Source of the DNA: Euprymna scolopes
Lineage: Eukaryota
DNA length: 53,562 nt
Reading direction: 5' to 3' (one strand)
Assembly: GCA_053919585.1 (NCBI GenBank)
Contig: CM132792.1
In this document: positions 12,707-24,309 of the stretch, piece after piece
How positions within the stretch are numbered: position 1 is the stretch's first letter
Layout: the number at the start of each line of letters is the position of its first letter
Notes under the pieces: generated by a model
The model's input: the letters and a program-made list of their open reading frames with translations, nothing else
Told to the model about the DNA's origin: nothing
The model's database searches: none
Translations under genes and position numbers: made by a program

Positions 12707-13199
12707 GTTATCTATATTAATAACGTAGTACCTTTTACGTAAGTGTCACGTTGTGCAGGAGATCTTATTTATTAAAAAAAATTATAATATTCTACGGACA
12801 TCACATTATTAGTATAGAGATACTCGAATGTTCCTAGTATGTTATTACCTATCCTCGAAGTCGCAATATAAAAACATTTTAATGATGTCGCTTTTGGGCC
12901 GTGAAATTAAAATCTACCTTTTTGGTCTTCTGGTTATGATCCAAGGGTAGTATCTGTTCTACAAAAGATAATATATCTTTGGGTTTCCGTTCACGCTGGG
13001 CATCCATACAATGGAAATATGTCACAGACTCCTATAAGGATATTGGAGATAAACCGCAATAACAAGATATATATTCTGACAATACATCGATCAGATTTAG
13101 ATAACTACTTTTAGAGTTTTAACAAAAGGGCTACACTAATATCGCGGAGTTTCCATTCACGCTGAACATGCATGGAATGCTAAGCAGCAATACATTACA

Positions 13200-13362
13200 C
13201 ATGTAATATGCCGTTGTGGAATTCCCACGGCTCCCGCTAAGTATATATTATTGTTATATGACAGATGTTCGATGTGGTTACGCCAGCATCCATCCCAAGG
13301 TCGGGATCAAACTAAAAACCATAGTCGATAGTCAGTAGCGCTAACCAGTAAGCCACCGGGAC
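13200..13362 (-). mobile_element. tRNA-derived SINE-like element (decayed)
   Basis: Minus strand GTCCCGGTGGCTTACTGGTTAGCGC (A box) ... GGTTTTTAGTTTGATCCCGACC (degenerate B box). No intact cloverleaf. Confidence 0.55.
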
Positions 13363-13597
13363 ATGCGCCGCTAGTAATATCTTTATAATGCTTTATAGAT
13401 CCATTGATGGACACTAATGCAGTAATTGCATAAGAATTGACTTACAAGCAAAAAAATGTCTTCCAATTTTTTTCAGTTTTAAGATTGAAAGTTTTATTTC
13501 ATATTTTAAGTTTTTCGTTGGAAGATTCTTTTACTTATGTAAGTGAATTAATCTCTTTCAATCACTGCATTAGTTTGCTAAGAATTTACGCTACTTT

Positions 13598-13760
13598 AGC
13601 CCTGGGATACGGCATTAAAAATTAGTAACATATAATCAAAAATCGTATCCTAGGGCCATAGAATACGTTTTTTTTTTTTTTTTTTTTTTTTCAGGTTACG
13701 ATGTGGAATACAATGTTTATCCGACATTGGTTACGGTATCTACTCCGCCTTACGGTGTTA
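13598..13760 (+). repeat. Dispersed repeat with GATACG/GTTACG sub-repeats, copy 2
   Basis: Matches 5160-5270 and includes the hairpin GCCCTGGGATACG...CGTATCCTAGGGC. Confidence 0.7.
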
Positions 13761-13800
13761 TTTATAACTGGTGTGCCAAGTGTAATATCACATAGGATCA

Positions 13801-14205
13801 GTGAATTTCAACGAAGGCTTAGTTTCTAGGGCAATAGCTTTTGATATATTAACGGTTTTTGAATTGGTATGGCATAAAGGTCTTCTTTACAAGAGTGTCA
13901 GCTACGGAATAGTTGAAAATTTCTTGATTATTAAATCTTTTCTCTCTGAAAGGCTTATAAGAGTAGGCGTTGATAGTCAGAAATCAGATCAAAATATCCT
14001 TACTGGCATCCCTCGAGGTTTCATCCTGCGCCCAACCCTCTTCCTGATCTTCACCAATGATCTCTCAAATCACATTCTTTAGGTCATTCGTAGGCATTTA
14101 TGTAAACGACGCCACAATCTATGGCAACACTTTAAAGGCCAGCAATGACCGAGATCTTTCTGATTTTCTCTTCTGATCTTGAGCACGTGGTGCAATGGGT
14201 AATGT
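13801..14205 (+). pseudogene. LINE reverse transcriptase fragment (CR1/Jockey group)
   Basis: SRAIAFDILTVFELVWHKGLL (ALDISKAFDxVWH), SFLSER, GIPRGFILRPTLFLIFTNDL (GVPQGSILGPTLFLIFIND), then IYVNDATI (decayed YADD). Confidence 0.9.
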
Positions 14206-14956
14206 ACTCTCCCTTGGAAAAAAAAAAGACGAGGAAACCCGTCACAGAACAAGTACAGTTTGAATCACATTTGTAAATTACCTTTACGAAAATGATTAAC
14301 ATAATGATACTACACTTTATGTTTAGAATCCTTAATGAATTCGGATCAAAAACCATTACATGATTTTGATTTTCTAAGTTGTCTAAAATTTAAGGCTTAA
14401 GCTTAAAGGAACTGAAATTGCGAGAACGTGATTTGTCTAATTACAACGGCTTGATATTTTGATTTTTAAGTATGGGTTGCTTATATTGCGCTTCCTAAAA
14501 TATCTTTAATTTGTTTCAACGAAACCAAAATTTGAAATGCGTATATATTGATGTCTAAGACTTATTGTAAAAATTGGACGAAAATGCAAGTCATCCGAAT
14601 TTTCATCTTACCTTTGCGTGAATTAAACTAAATATAGTCTATAACTAAACCAGCTGTGCCTCTAAGTTTTGTTGCAAAATTTATGAATTTTAACCAAATT
14701 ACAGATTAAACGTATACATGTGTATATACACATACCTAACGTTGTAGAGTTGATGTGTTTATCATAAACATTAAGTTTAAGATTGCTACCCACCCATGAG
14801 TCGAACTAAAGCGACACTCGCTCTAGGCGCGTTGAACCGGTTTCCTCCAAAGGAAGTAGCTTCATGCAATATCAAATTTGCCAACGGTCACCAGTCGCTT
14901 GCATATTCCGTCATGTTTTTGTAGTTCTTGCAGAGAGATGCCAATATCCTCCTGAA

Positions 14957-15046
14957 TACAACGCTTGGTATTCCCAAGTGGTCACCCATCTGGTACTGAC
15001 TAAGCGCAACGTCGCTTAACTTCGGTGATCTAACAAGAACCAGTGT
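14957..15046 (-). pseudogene. 5S rRNA-derived sequence (pseudogene or SINE3 head)
   Basis: Minus strand ACACTGGTTCTTGTTAGATCACCGAAGTTAAGCGACGTTGCGCTTAGTCAGTACCAGATGGGTGACCACTTGGGAATACCAAGCGTTGTA follows eukaryotic 5S rRNA, with A box and C box recognisable. The 5' end is divergent and there is no oligo-T terminator. Confidence 0.9.
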
Positions 15047-15764
15047 CAGCCAGTGCTTTTATCTTTGCTAAAAGAGACTGAAAGCGAAAATATCTTAAAA
15101 TGGATATGTGTTGTGTGAAAATGTCAAATTTAATTCTTACCAGGAACATTTGGATGGCGCCGCTGAATTCGAACGTGAAGAAAATGGCGGGTTTAATATT
15201 AATAGTCGTCAGCCATCGTTGAACGATGCAATTGGATCCAGATAAATACACTGAGCGCCATTTGGAGAGTTCAGAGTTGGTTAGTTTGTCTTAATCAATT
15301 TAGACATAAATGCATCGCAGTATTTAATCGCTTTATAGCAAAACTAGTGCATAATTTTCTTGTTTTTCCTTCGTATTTGTGGCTAAAAAAGTTCCAACTT
15401 TGCCGCCAATTAAATTAATCTCCTTATCATGGCAGCTGAAACAAACTAAGATCCTGGCAGTCTTGAACTCCTCAAAGAGTCCTTTTGAGGTCTGGCGCGT
15501 GAAGGATGCAAGTTTCACTCCTACACATATTTCTTTGTTTCACCTATTAATTGGATAGAATTTAATTTTTAGTTCAAATGAATGCACTTTAGTCTAACTT
15601 TTCTCATCTAAGTGTCCCACTAACTCGTTCTAAATAAGGTCTTTTTTATTAAAGTTTACGGAGTTCAGGATTAATCTAAAGAACTGATTATGCAATTGAC
15701 CATTTAGAATTCGTTCGCATCGATTATTTACTTACATTGTTCAAAAATAGAAATGAACTAACAA

Positions 15765-16479
15765 TTTGTTGGTCCCCACGACAAAAGGAGGGTGGACCTG
15801 TAAATTCACCCGTACTTTTCTCAATAACTACGCCTTGGAATTTTTGGAAATTTTTCACAAACATTAAACATATGAGTAAAAAAAAAAAAAGTAACAGACC
15901 GAATTTTCCAAGAAAATTCCAGTTGCCCCCCCCCTCCCCAGGGGTGCCTTTCGGGTTGAAATGGCTAAAATTGATACTTTTGTGCTTATTAAAAAAAATA
16001 TTGATGCCTTGGATTTTTAGAAAACTTTTGAAAAAGTGTAACTGATTTCTATATAATTTTGTTTGTCTATACTTTGCGATAACTCTTGGGTGTGCCCCAA
16101 AGCCTCTTTTAGGGCTAATAAAAACACTCCGTTTTTCGGACTATTTGTCAAAAATTTTCTGTATGTTTATTTACCAGTTTTGCATGGTGCTGTACTCAAT
16201 TTTAAATAATAAGGCCTTGGACTTTGGGGGATAAATGGAGGGGGGGAATGATGGACTTAATCGTTTTTTTTTGTTGTTGTTTTCTTTTTTTTGCATAGAG
16301 CAGAACTCAAATTTACATATGTAAAAGCCTAAAATTGCACTGTTTTTTCATTTTCACCAGGATTTGACGTCGTCGGAGGATTTGGGGGTCTAAATTGGGG
16401 GGTAAATGCTGAATGTAGTCATTTTTTTATGCCTCGTTCACTTTGCCCTCACGGGGGACCATACATGTTTCACTTGTTT
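15765..16479 (+). mobile_element. Helentron-associated / DINE-1-like non-autonomous element
   Basis: 5' subTIR TGGTCCCCACG with nearby inner inverted repeat GGGTGGACC, 3' subTIR CGGGGGACCA, then a short tail ending CTTGTTT. Flanks are T-rich. Confidence 0.65.
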
Positions 16480-19400
16480 CTTCTAGGATAACTTTGGTAA
16501 ACTTCATATAAAAAACTTAATTGAAATTAAATTTATCATTTTGTTATCGCCCGTTAAAAAATATCCGATTATGATTGTAATTAGATATTTGCTCAAATTA
16601 CTTTAGAACTTTCTCTACAATGTAGCATATTGACTGGTTCCATTTTAATTTATTTTAGTTATATATTACGAGTTTTCATTGAGATTTCGTTTACATTCAT
16701 TGTCGGATGATAGCGTAAGGGTTACAAACGTCGACTGTCTGCTTGTCTAGCTGTACTAAAACACTGATACAGCAAAACTGTATGTGAAAGGATTTAATGG
16801 AAAGTGGATTCAGGATTCAACCTACTTGTGTGAGGTATAGTTTGATTGACGGTTTCATTGTCTGTCGAGGGGACTGACTTGCATTATTTGGGGCGACTCC
16901 GTAAATGTAGTGATCCGAGAATTTACTTTTGGCATTATGAAATATTAGCGTTTAAATGTCTTAAATTTAATACTTACAGAACATTATAATTAATACGTAT
17001 ATTTAAATAAAAAAAATATGTATTAAATTATGCATAGTGTTTAGATTGAAGCTTGCTTTTTTTTTCCTCCAAGTAACACCTGTACACAGGTTTCGCTAAT
17101 ATATCGCATGTATCCAGATGCCGCACCTTTTTTTTCTTCCAGTAAACTTAATTTCCGGCTCAATGCATGAATAATGAACAATTCCTTATGTTTTTTTTCT
17201 TGACAACAGTCATCAGGTTTCAACTGTCCACGTGTTTGCGGTCCAGAGTCTTAAATGAACAATTTGTATTTTTTCTGCGATAGAGAATAGTGACTCACGG
17301 CATTTAATCGGTCAAACTATCTCGACGATAACAATGAGAAACGTTGTATTTCATTACGAAAGGTTTTACTAGCTTGAATCACAAAAATTTACAGAATTTC
17401 TATTTCTCTCTTTTCAGAGAATTGTATTTACTAGGATTGTAAATTTTTACGATCTTTTCAACTATCCATGTGAATATTGCCAGTCATGAAATATATCTAC
17501 TAGTTATGAAGTTATCTATGAGTATTTATGTTCAGATGGTTAAGCATAAGATTAAATGTGGTTTTGATGAAAATGTTTTCGTGGAATGAACTTGATTCAA
17601 ACAGAACATTAAGTTTTCAGTCCATGTCGTTAACCCCCCGTCACCTAAGTTAGCTATGATTATGTTTCTGTCTTTGTATGTAAACAATACAAAATAGTTT
17701 ACCGACTACTATGAATTTTGGAACGCAGCTGAATGCATAAGGGGAGTAATGTGTTCTATATTCAGTTTTATTCAAAAAGGGGAGAAAATTCTAATTTCTT
17801 TGTTTTTCTAATTATTAGAAACCAATATTTGTCAAGATTTAAGTATTTTAGAATTTAGGAGAGGGCATAATTTGCACATATCTTCTCATTAGAAAATTCA
17901 GATATGATTTACATTGAATCTGTTCTATAGATTTTAAGCATCAATTAAGCAAGATTTTCTGAATTCACTTTCTTCGGAGCACTTAAAATTAAACCTGGAA
18001 TTTCTACATTTCTCGTTTAAACATGTGCATACATACATATATACTTAATGATTACAAAATTATTTTGCACCTGAACAAATGATGCACACCAATCGCTAAT
18101 ACAATGATACCCAGTGTCGCCGTTTTAATATCTCTATGTACAAGTTATTTATTATAGTGTGGCGCCAAGGGAGGTAATTGAGTATATATTCAAGCGAATG
18201 TAATTATCGGTTAACTGAAATATTAGTGTTTGTCATACAAACAATTGGTTTTTCACATTACGTTGGTTGTGCGAGTTGTTGACAACAACAAACATAAGCT
18301 GTCATTTTTAACAAGCTAGAAAATCAATATCGCTGAGTAAAAAAAAAAAATAACGTTTTAAATGAAATTTTTGCCAGAATTACTATTAATGACAGTGATT
18401 GATCGACACGAGTTACACTGAGATCTACGATACCAAATATTATTGAACGGTTCAGTTACACACTGATCTTATTGGTGATTGTTTGAGGCCACATTTTCTG
18501 TTCAGCTATAGTAAAAATAGCAACTTGTATTCAATAAATTGTATAATTAAATCGTAGTTATTCTGCACAACAGAACCCATCTTGACATGTTTCCGATTAG
18601 GATTTATGGAATCAATCGGAAATGGTCGAAACTGTTTACACTTTAAAAGCCTCAAAAATATAAAATGTCATATGACACTAAGCTTGAATTAGATCCTAGG
18701 TTAAAACTATTTAGCATCTCTAAAAATGACGTTAAAATATTAAAATGATTCATTTACTGATGTGAAAATTAAATTCATCCTAAATACGAAAGGATGAGGT
18801 AATTTAATCTAACCTTTTACTCAGACGAAAAACGAGTCTTTTATATTTAATGCCGATACTAATTGGCTCGTCGTCGACGACTCTGATATTTCCGATTCGT
18901 TCAGCAAATCGCAATCGTAAACAATGCTGTCGATATGTCTTGTTCTATAGAATAGCCTTAATCGTTTAGAAAAGGTTTCATATTTTATTTAACCCCTGGG
19001 CTACGATGGTATTTTTACACGCATTGCCTACGATGGGTGTGAATTTTTTGACATCACATAAAATCGAGTCTAGGGTCTTTGAAAAACTTTTAATCAAAAA
19101 TCAATACAAACATTCGAGCATGGGTTTCATTCATTGATTAATGCAGGGCAAAGAAAAATTCCATAGTCTTTGAAGACCTCATTGTTGCAGTTGTCTGTAA
19201 TAGTAAAAACTAGGTGTTAAAAATTAACAGCCAGCGTAAACTTGATGTGCCACAAAAGTGGCAAACGCAGCGGAATCTGCGGTGAAGTTTGTTCTTAGTA
19301 TTAGCTTCAAGTCGGTCAATCGAAGTCAAGGTGAATATTACTTGGCAATCATACTTTTGAAGTTGACCCCATTTCTGAAAAAAGGTTTGTTTGATCAGCA

Positions 19401-19756
19401 ATGACCTTTTCCACTCGTACGAGTCTTTAGTAGCTTATTTCTTAGTTTAATCACACAATATAAGGAAGGATTTGAAGTTGGATTTTAGTTGCAGCATAAA
19501 TCTTGAAATACCGAATATGAATAAGACTTAATGAAATGCTGATCGAAGATTGTTTGGTCGGAACAATTTCTGGTTAAAGAAATTGAAATGAAATGGTAAC
19601 TGAACTACTCTTGCGAGCGAAATAATGTAAGCAAAGTTGCCTCGTTTGTTGATCTACAAGCTACACGTATAAAAGTATATAAATGAGCTTATTACATGTC
19701 TCTACGCACACGAAATATATTCATAGAATCCCTAAGTAATATTAGTCGTTAGGAAT

Positions 19757-19758
<2 letters not shown>

Positions 19759-19790
<32 letters not shown>
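19759..19790. repeat. (GT)n microsatellite
   Basis: Directly visible. Confidence 0.95.
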
Positions 19791-19795
<5 letters not shown>

Positions 19796-20299
19796 AGTAC
19801 GGTTTATATTTGAAGTAATTGTTCACTAAACAACAGCCCTATATAATTCAGACTGTTGGTTTCTTGACAGATACATAACTTTTCGATTGATGTATTTTCC
19901 GAACAACGAATTTAATACTTTATTTAATAAAGTTACCAATTAATTTTTTTTTAATTTGCTGTTTTGAGAAAACCAGCATCTTATTTTGTTTGGGATATGT
20001 GTTGGTGTACTTCTATTTTGATGGTAAATAGAGGCAGCCGTTTTGGTGTTGAGTATCAGAATTTAATATTTACACTGGTTATCAGCGTATGCTAATAAGT
20101 GATGCAGCCGTGGCTGGAGGCAGTTATGATATTATTTACCTTAAGTTTCTACATAGGCAGTATTTTGCTCGGGATTAGCTTGATCTTGCTTGTGTATGTT
20201 GAATATGCAGGCAGTGATCGTTCGTTCATTTTCGCCAGAATTCAATATTTGATATCGACATTGTCCTTAGTTTTGAATGTTTTATATGAATCACTTTTA

Positions 20300-20671
20300 T
20301 TTGGATTATTCGGAATACAGTCCTCATCTTGAGGTTTATTTGCACAACATTTCGGCTGATGTAATCTACAACCTTCTCCAGGTGTCTTTTTGTTGAACTC
20401 TGGAGTCTGCATGGAATTTCAAACGGAACCCTTCATTCAGTCCACAGGGGTAGCCTGATCTCGTTTTGTCAGCCATTACAGAGTAGAAGTCCTAATTCGC
20501 AAGTGTAACTTTAGTATCGCTTGCACTGCAGATTAAACATTCAACCTACAGAAGAGTGTCATTTACAACTGAATTTTACCAAGTTCTTTCAACGAGAGGG
20601 CCCGTAGCGTTACAACTAAAGTACTGGGCAAATTTACATTGTGATGAAAACCTCGTCTGAATAATCCAAAT
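20300..20671. mobile_element. tRNA-head/hammerhead-tail SINE-like family, locus 1 (inverted pair)
   Basis: Minus copy 20300-20588 (ACACCTGGAGAAGGTTG..CAGCCGAAATGTTGTG) is fused to a plus copy starting GGGCCCGTAGCG at 20598 that is internally deleted to the tail. The ends are inverted: TTTGGATTATTCGGA / TCTGAATAATCCAAA. Confidence 0.75.
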
Positions 20672-20937
20672 ACACAAACTGTCCTCAGTGTCAACCATCA
20701 GTCACTTCTCTAACAAATTGATTTCCTTCTCAAATAAAATCACATTTAAGTTTTAAAACTAGTAACAATATTTTAATTTAGTGTTAGAATGATACTTCGT
20801 TTCTATCCTAAACCACAAGCTTGCAACCCGAACAGTCACTTTCAATCAAACACAAAACTTAAGTTTTGACTCTAAAAAATGTTATTGTTATTAACTTTAT
20901 ATTAATAGCAATAAGTCTTACCTTTCTGAATTTTTTA

Positions 20938-21405
20938 GATGATTGGTTATTCGTATTGCTTGGATTCATCGGACTTCTCATCTTGAGTGTGATTTTCACA
21001 ACGTTTCAGTCGATGTAACCCCCGGATTTTATCATGTCTATGATGTCGAACTGTGGAAATCAAGGGCCCGTGGCGCAGTAGTTAGATTACTTGGAACAAT
21101 CAATTGTAAGAGTGACCTTCTCCTGGAGGTTGAAGATTCAATTCTTAGTGTGAGCGAATGAAAAATACAATTTCGAATTATTTAGGATCTCTATCCAGTC
21201 ATGGCTGACGGAACAAGAACAAGAGCATGCTACTCCCATGAAGTAAATAGTTCTGTTTGAAATTCCGTCCACATTCCAGAGTTTGACAGAAACATTCTCG
21301 TGTTTTACAAGATACACCTGATGAAGGTTGGAGGTTATATCGGCCGAAACGGTGTGAAAATCTCAAGATGAGGACAGTAGTCCGACGAATCCAAATAATA
21401 CGAGG
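20938..21405. mobile_element. tRNA-head/hammerhead-tail SINE-like family, locus 2 (inverted pair)
   Basis: Minus tail copy 20938-21058 is followed by a near-full plus copy 21063-21405: A box GGGCCCGTGGCGCAGTAGTTAG, B-box-like GAGGTTGAAGATTCAATTC, body, then hammerhead tail. Confidence 0.8.
21314..21356 (+). ncRNA. Minimal type I hammerhead ribozyme motif (Penelope-type), one core mutation
   Basis: ACAC-CTGATGA-A-GGTTG(loop)CGGCC-GAAA-CGGT-GTG. A sister copy has GAAACGTTGTG, which restores the ACGT stem III and the GUU cleavage triplet. Confidence 0.7.
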
Positions 21406-22019
21406 TTTTACCTTATGTTTACAATATAATGATCGGCTTTAGATCTGAAACCTGTTTCTTTATCTTTCATGTCTAATTTTATCTCTAATCCATTTATTAC
21501 TAGTATTGTGTAAACACGATTTTGGATCTCTTTTGCAAATAAGATTTCTGTTTGAACGGGAAAGCTAGTCGAATACTTTCCATTAAATAACCGTTCAACT
21601 CAAGCTCTTGAGATTACGAAATGAATCAATTCGTGTTATTCGGCGTAAAGTAATGACGTTGTCACGTAATTCCAACGACCGCTTCATTGCGTAAGTAAAT
21701 AGGGCATTTAAAACTAAAGTTGCCAGTGTCGACACTGAGCCGAAAAAACACCGTCTGTTTGATATGGCTGATCGATTTCATGTAGTCTGCCTGTCACTGC
21801 CATGGCCACATACACTTAATGTCTGTTCATGTCCATTTAAGTTCTTTTTCTTTTCATGTATAACTATTGATAAAAGTATCAAAAAAGTATTAGTTTTAAT
21901 ATTAGCAATAGATCATCTTTGATTCTCCGCGTACCGTAACTCCTGATCCACTGAACAGATTCCTGAGATATGAGACGGGTATCTTTATGTATGAGAACCT
22001 CTCACACAGACATTATATA

Positions 22020-22370
22020 TTATGTTATAAAACTCCGCGAACCGTTCAACCACCCTTGCTTGAATCTTGTGATCAACGATCGGGCGATTCCATCTTTTAA
22101 AAAAGGGATGACAGATGATTTATATATGCGTATAAGGGTGGCTCAGAGGCTAAGGAATGAGGGTGGAGAGTTGTATGTTTTGGTTTCTATTCTAGCTGAT
22201 GGTACCCACATCATATATATACTTTAGGTTTGATGTCGCGACTATATATAAGGTTTAAAATAATTATCGTTAGATAATTGTCTCTATAATAATAAATACG
22301 TAAACTGCATGCATTGAAATATCATATTTTAGCTCCTGTTATGATCGGACAACATCGGGTGGCCTGCTAG
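22020..22370 (+). mobile_element. Helitron-type element (family B) with tRNA-like cassette
   Basis: 3' end ATATCATATTTTAGC...ATCGGACAACATCGGG..GCTAG|T. Internal GTGGCTCAGAGGCTAAG...TGTTTTGGTTTCTATTCT. The 5' boundary is uncertain. Confidence 0.6.
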
Positions 22371-22634
22371 TTATATAAATTTTTACTAATATTCATCCCT
22401 AGTTAAAATTGATTAAATACGCTTCGCTGGTGTTTATGCTAATTTTCATAAATTCTTTTAATATTTAATAAGTAAATCTCCTAACATTAAATGGTATTTA
22501 ATTTAATCTTAATCGATTTAAAATAGTTTCTTCTGACCAACACATTTTTATTCTAAGGTTTTATGCTTGTATGGAAGTACATCTATAATCTCTCTCGCTC
22601 GCTGGCACTATATGTGTGTGTGTGAGGGGGGCGA

Positions 22635-23130
22635 GACAAGATACCAGACAAAGGTTTTAGCCCGGTCAAAACTTCCGTTAGTACACACCATGTTACAGTA
22701 GTGCAAGGTTCGTTGGCTAGGTCATAAATGCCACATGCCAGATTCAAGGCTCTCAAAACAGCTCCTTTACGTGTAACTGTCCAAAGGAAAAAAAAAAGGA
22801 CAGCAGAAACTATTCAAGGACAAGTTGAAGGTCTCTCTCAAACAGTTCTATTTATATCTAACCCAAGACCAATGTTCCTGGCGTGCTGCAAGTCACAAAG
22901 GGGCTACAATTGCTGAATCCGCACACAATGAAGAACGCAAGAGAAAACATGACATTAGAAAAAACAAAACAAAAAAAAAACAGAACAGTCAAAGCCTCCG
23001 ATACAGAATTATCCCACAGGTGTCAAACATGCAGGAAATAATTTAGAGCTCGAATCGATCTAACGAGCCATTTTCGAACTCGCATAACAATTGCATGATC
23101 ACGATCGTCTTCGTAAGCGATGAACGAATA
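22635..23130 (+). mobile_element. RTE-clade LINE 3' end (decayed ORF C-terminus with C2H2 finger)
   Basis: DKIPD..VLARSKLP, VRWLGHKCHMPDSRLSKQLLY, GQQKLFKDKLKVSLKQF, QDQCSWRAA and CQTCRK*FRARIDLTSHFRT are typical of RTE/BovB-like C-termini. Confidence 0.9.
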
Positions 23131-23363
23131 TTTTATATACAAGAACTCAAGTTTGCACAACTGGGCAAACTGGAGTCCTTGTACCGGAAAAATATCCAGT
23201 AAATAAAACTGTTTAGTAAATCGTTTTTTTTTTGGGGGGGGGGGATTCATTTCCATACACCAAACATGGATATAAATATCACTAAAATATCTGCTGGGTC
23301 ATAAGCTCATTTCGGTACCTTACTTGCCTGGGCGGGTTGCCTTTAGGTTGAGATAAACCGCGT

Positions 23364-23400
23364 CACACACGCACGCACACACACACACACACACACACAC
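23364..23400. repeat. (CA)n microsatellite
   Basis: Directly visible. Confidence 0.95.
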
Positions 23401-24142
23401 AATGCGAAAATTTATAAGATATATATATCTCGACTCTCAATAAAATACAACTATTTGAGTTTATTTTGTTGTTAGTCTTAGTCCAACTGGTTGTCAGAAA
23501 CTTAGCTTAGAATAAAATAAACTATTTTCTGTTCCAGTTGTTTTTCTCATAATTGGTTCCATTAGAAATGCGTTAACTTGAAAAGTGTTTTACTTTTTTG
23601 TGCCCGAAGCTTGTCGATTCATTTCAATCGTTTAACGCATTTGATGTTTATTGATTAGCGAATCAGTTGAGAGAATTGTGCACGCACAAACGCGCTAAAA
23701 GTCTTGTACCTCAAATTATAGAATGTAATGTTGGTTAGATTCGTTGCAATAATTTTATGATTTTTATTAACGAAATTAAATTTTATTGCGTACGTGACTA
23801 ATTTCGCGGTGTGTTTTATCTCCTACCTGTAAGTTATATGGGTCAAATGACTAAGTCGTCATTCACATGATTAAGCTTTAATAGTTGATCTCGAGCACAT
23901 CTTTCAAGTGTCAAAAGATGTCATTTTAACTTTATAATCTCATTGAAATCGTCTGCCTTTAATTCGTAATAAGTTAGACCTTAATAAGCCTAAGAACAAG
24001 CCTACTGCTGCGTGTTAATACAACTACAAAAATGGTAATCATGCAGTATAAATTGTCCGAAACACTTTGTTTTCCTGACCTGTGTACTTTTGATGTACTG
24101 AAATTGTTTTTATTCCCGAATTTATTATCGAAAATTTCTTTG

Positions 24143-24175
<33 letters not shown>

Positions 24176-24309
24176 GCGTCAATTTAATTTGGAAGTTGAC
24201 TGTTTAGCTTTGAATCACTTTAGCTTGAAAAGATAAAAAGAAAAAAATGACTCATCATACCACTAATCTTAATTTCGGGAGGGGGGGGGACTTGGTACTT
24301 AAAGTTCAA

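Noticed and set aside
14957-15046. Functional 5S rRNA gene
   Set aside because: The 5' end is divergent, there are internal substitutions and a deletion, there is no terminator, and it is not in an array.
18989-19060. piggyBac-like TTAACCCC terminus with repeated CTACGATGG
   Set aside because: No matching opposite end or transposase remnant was found.
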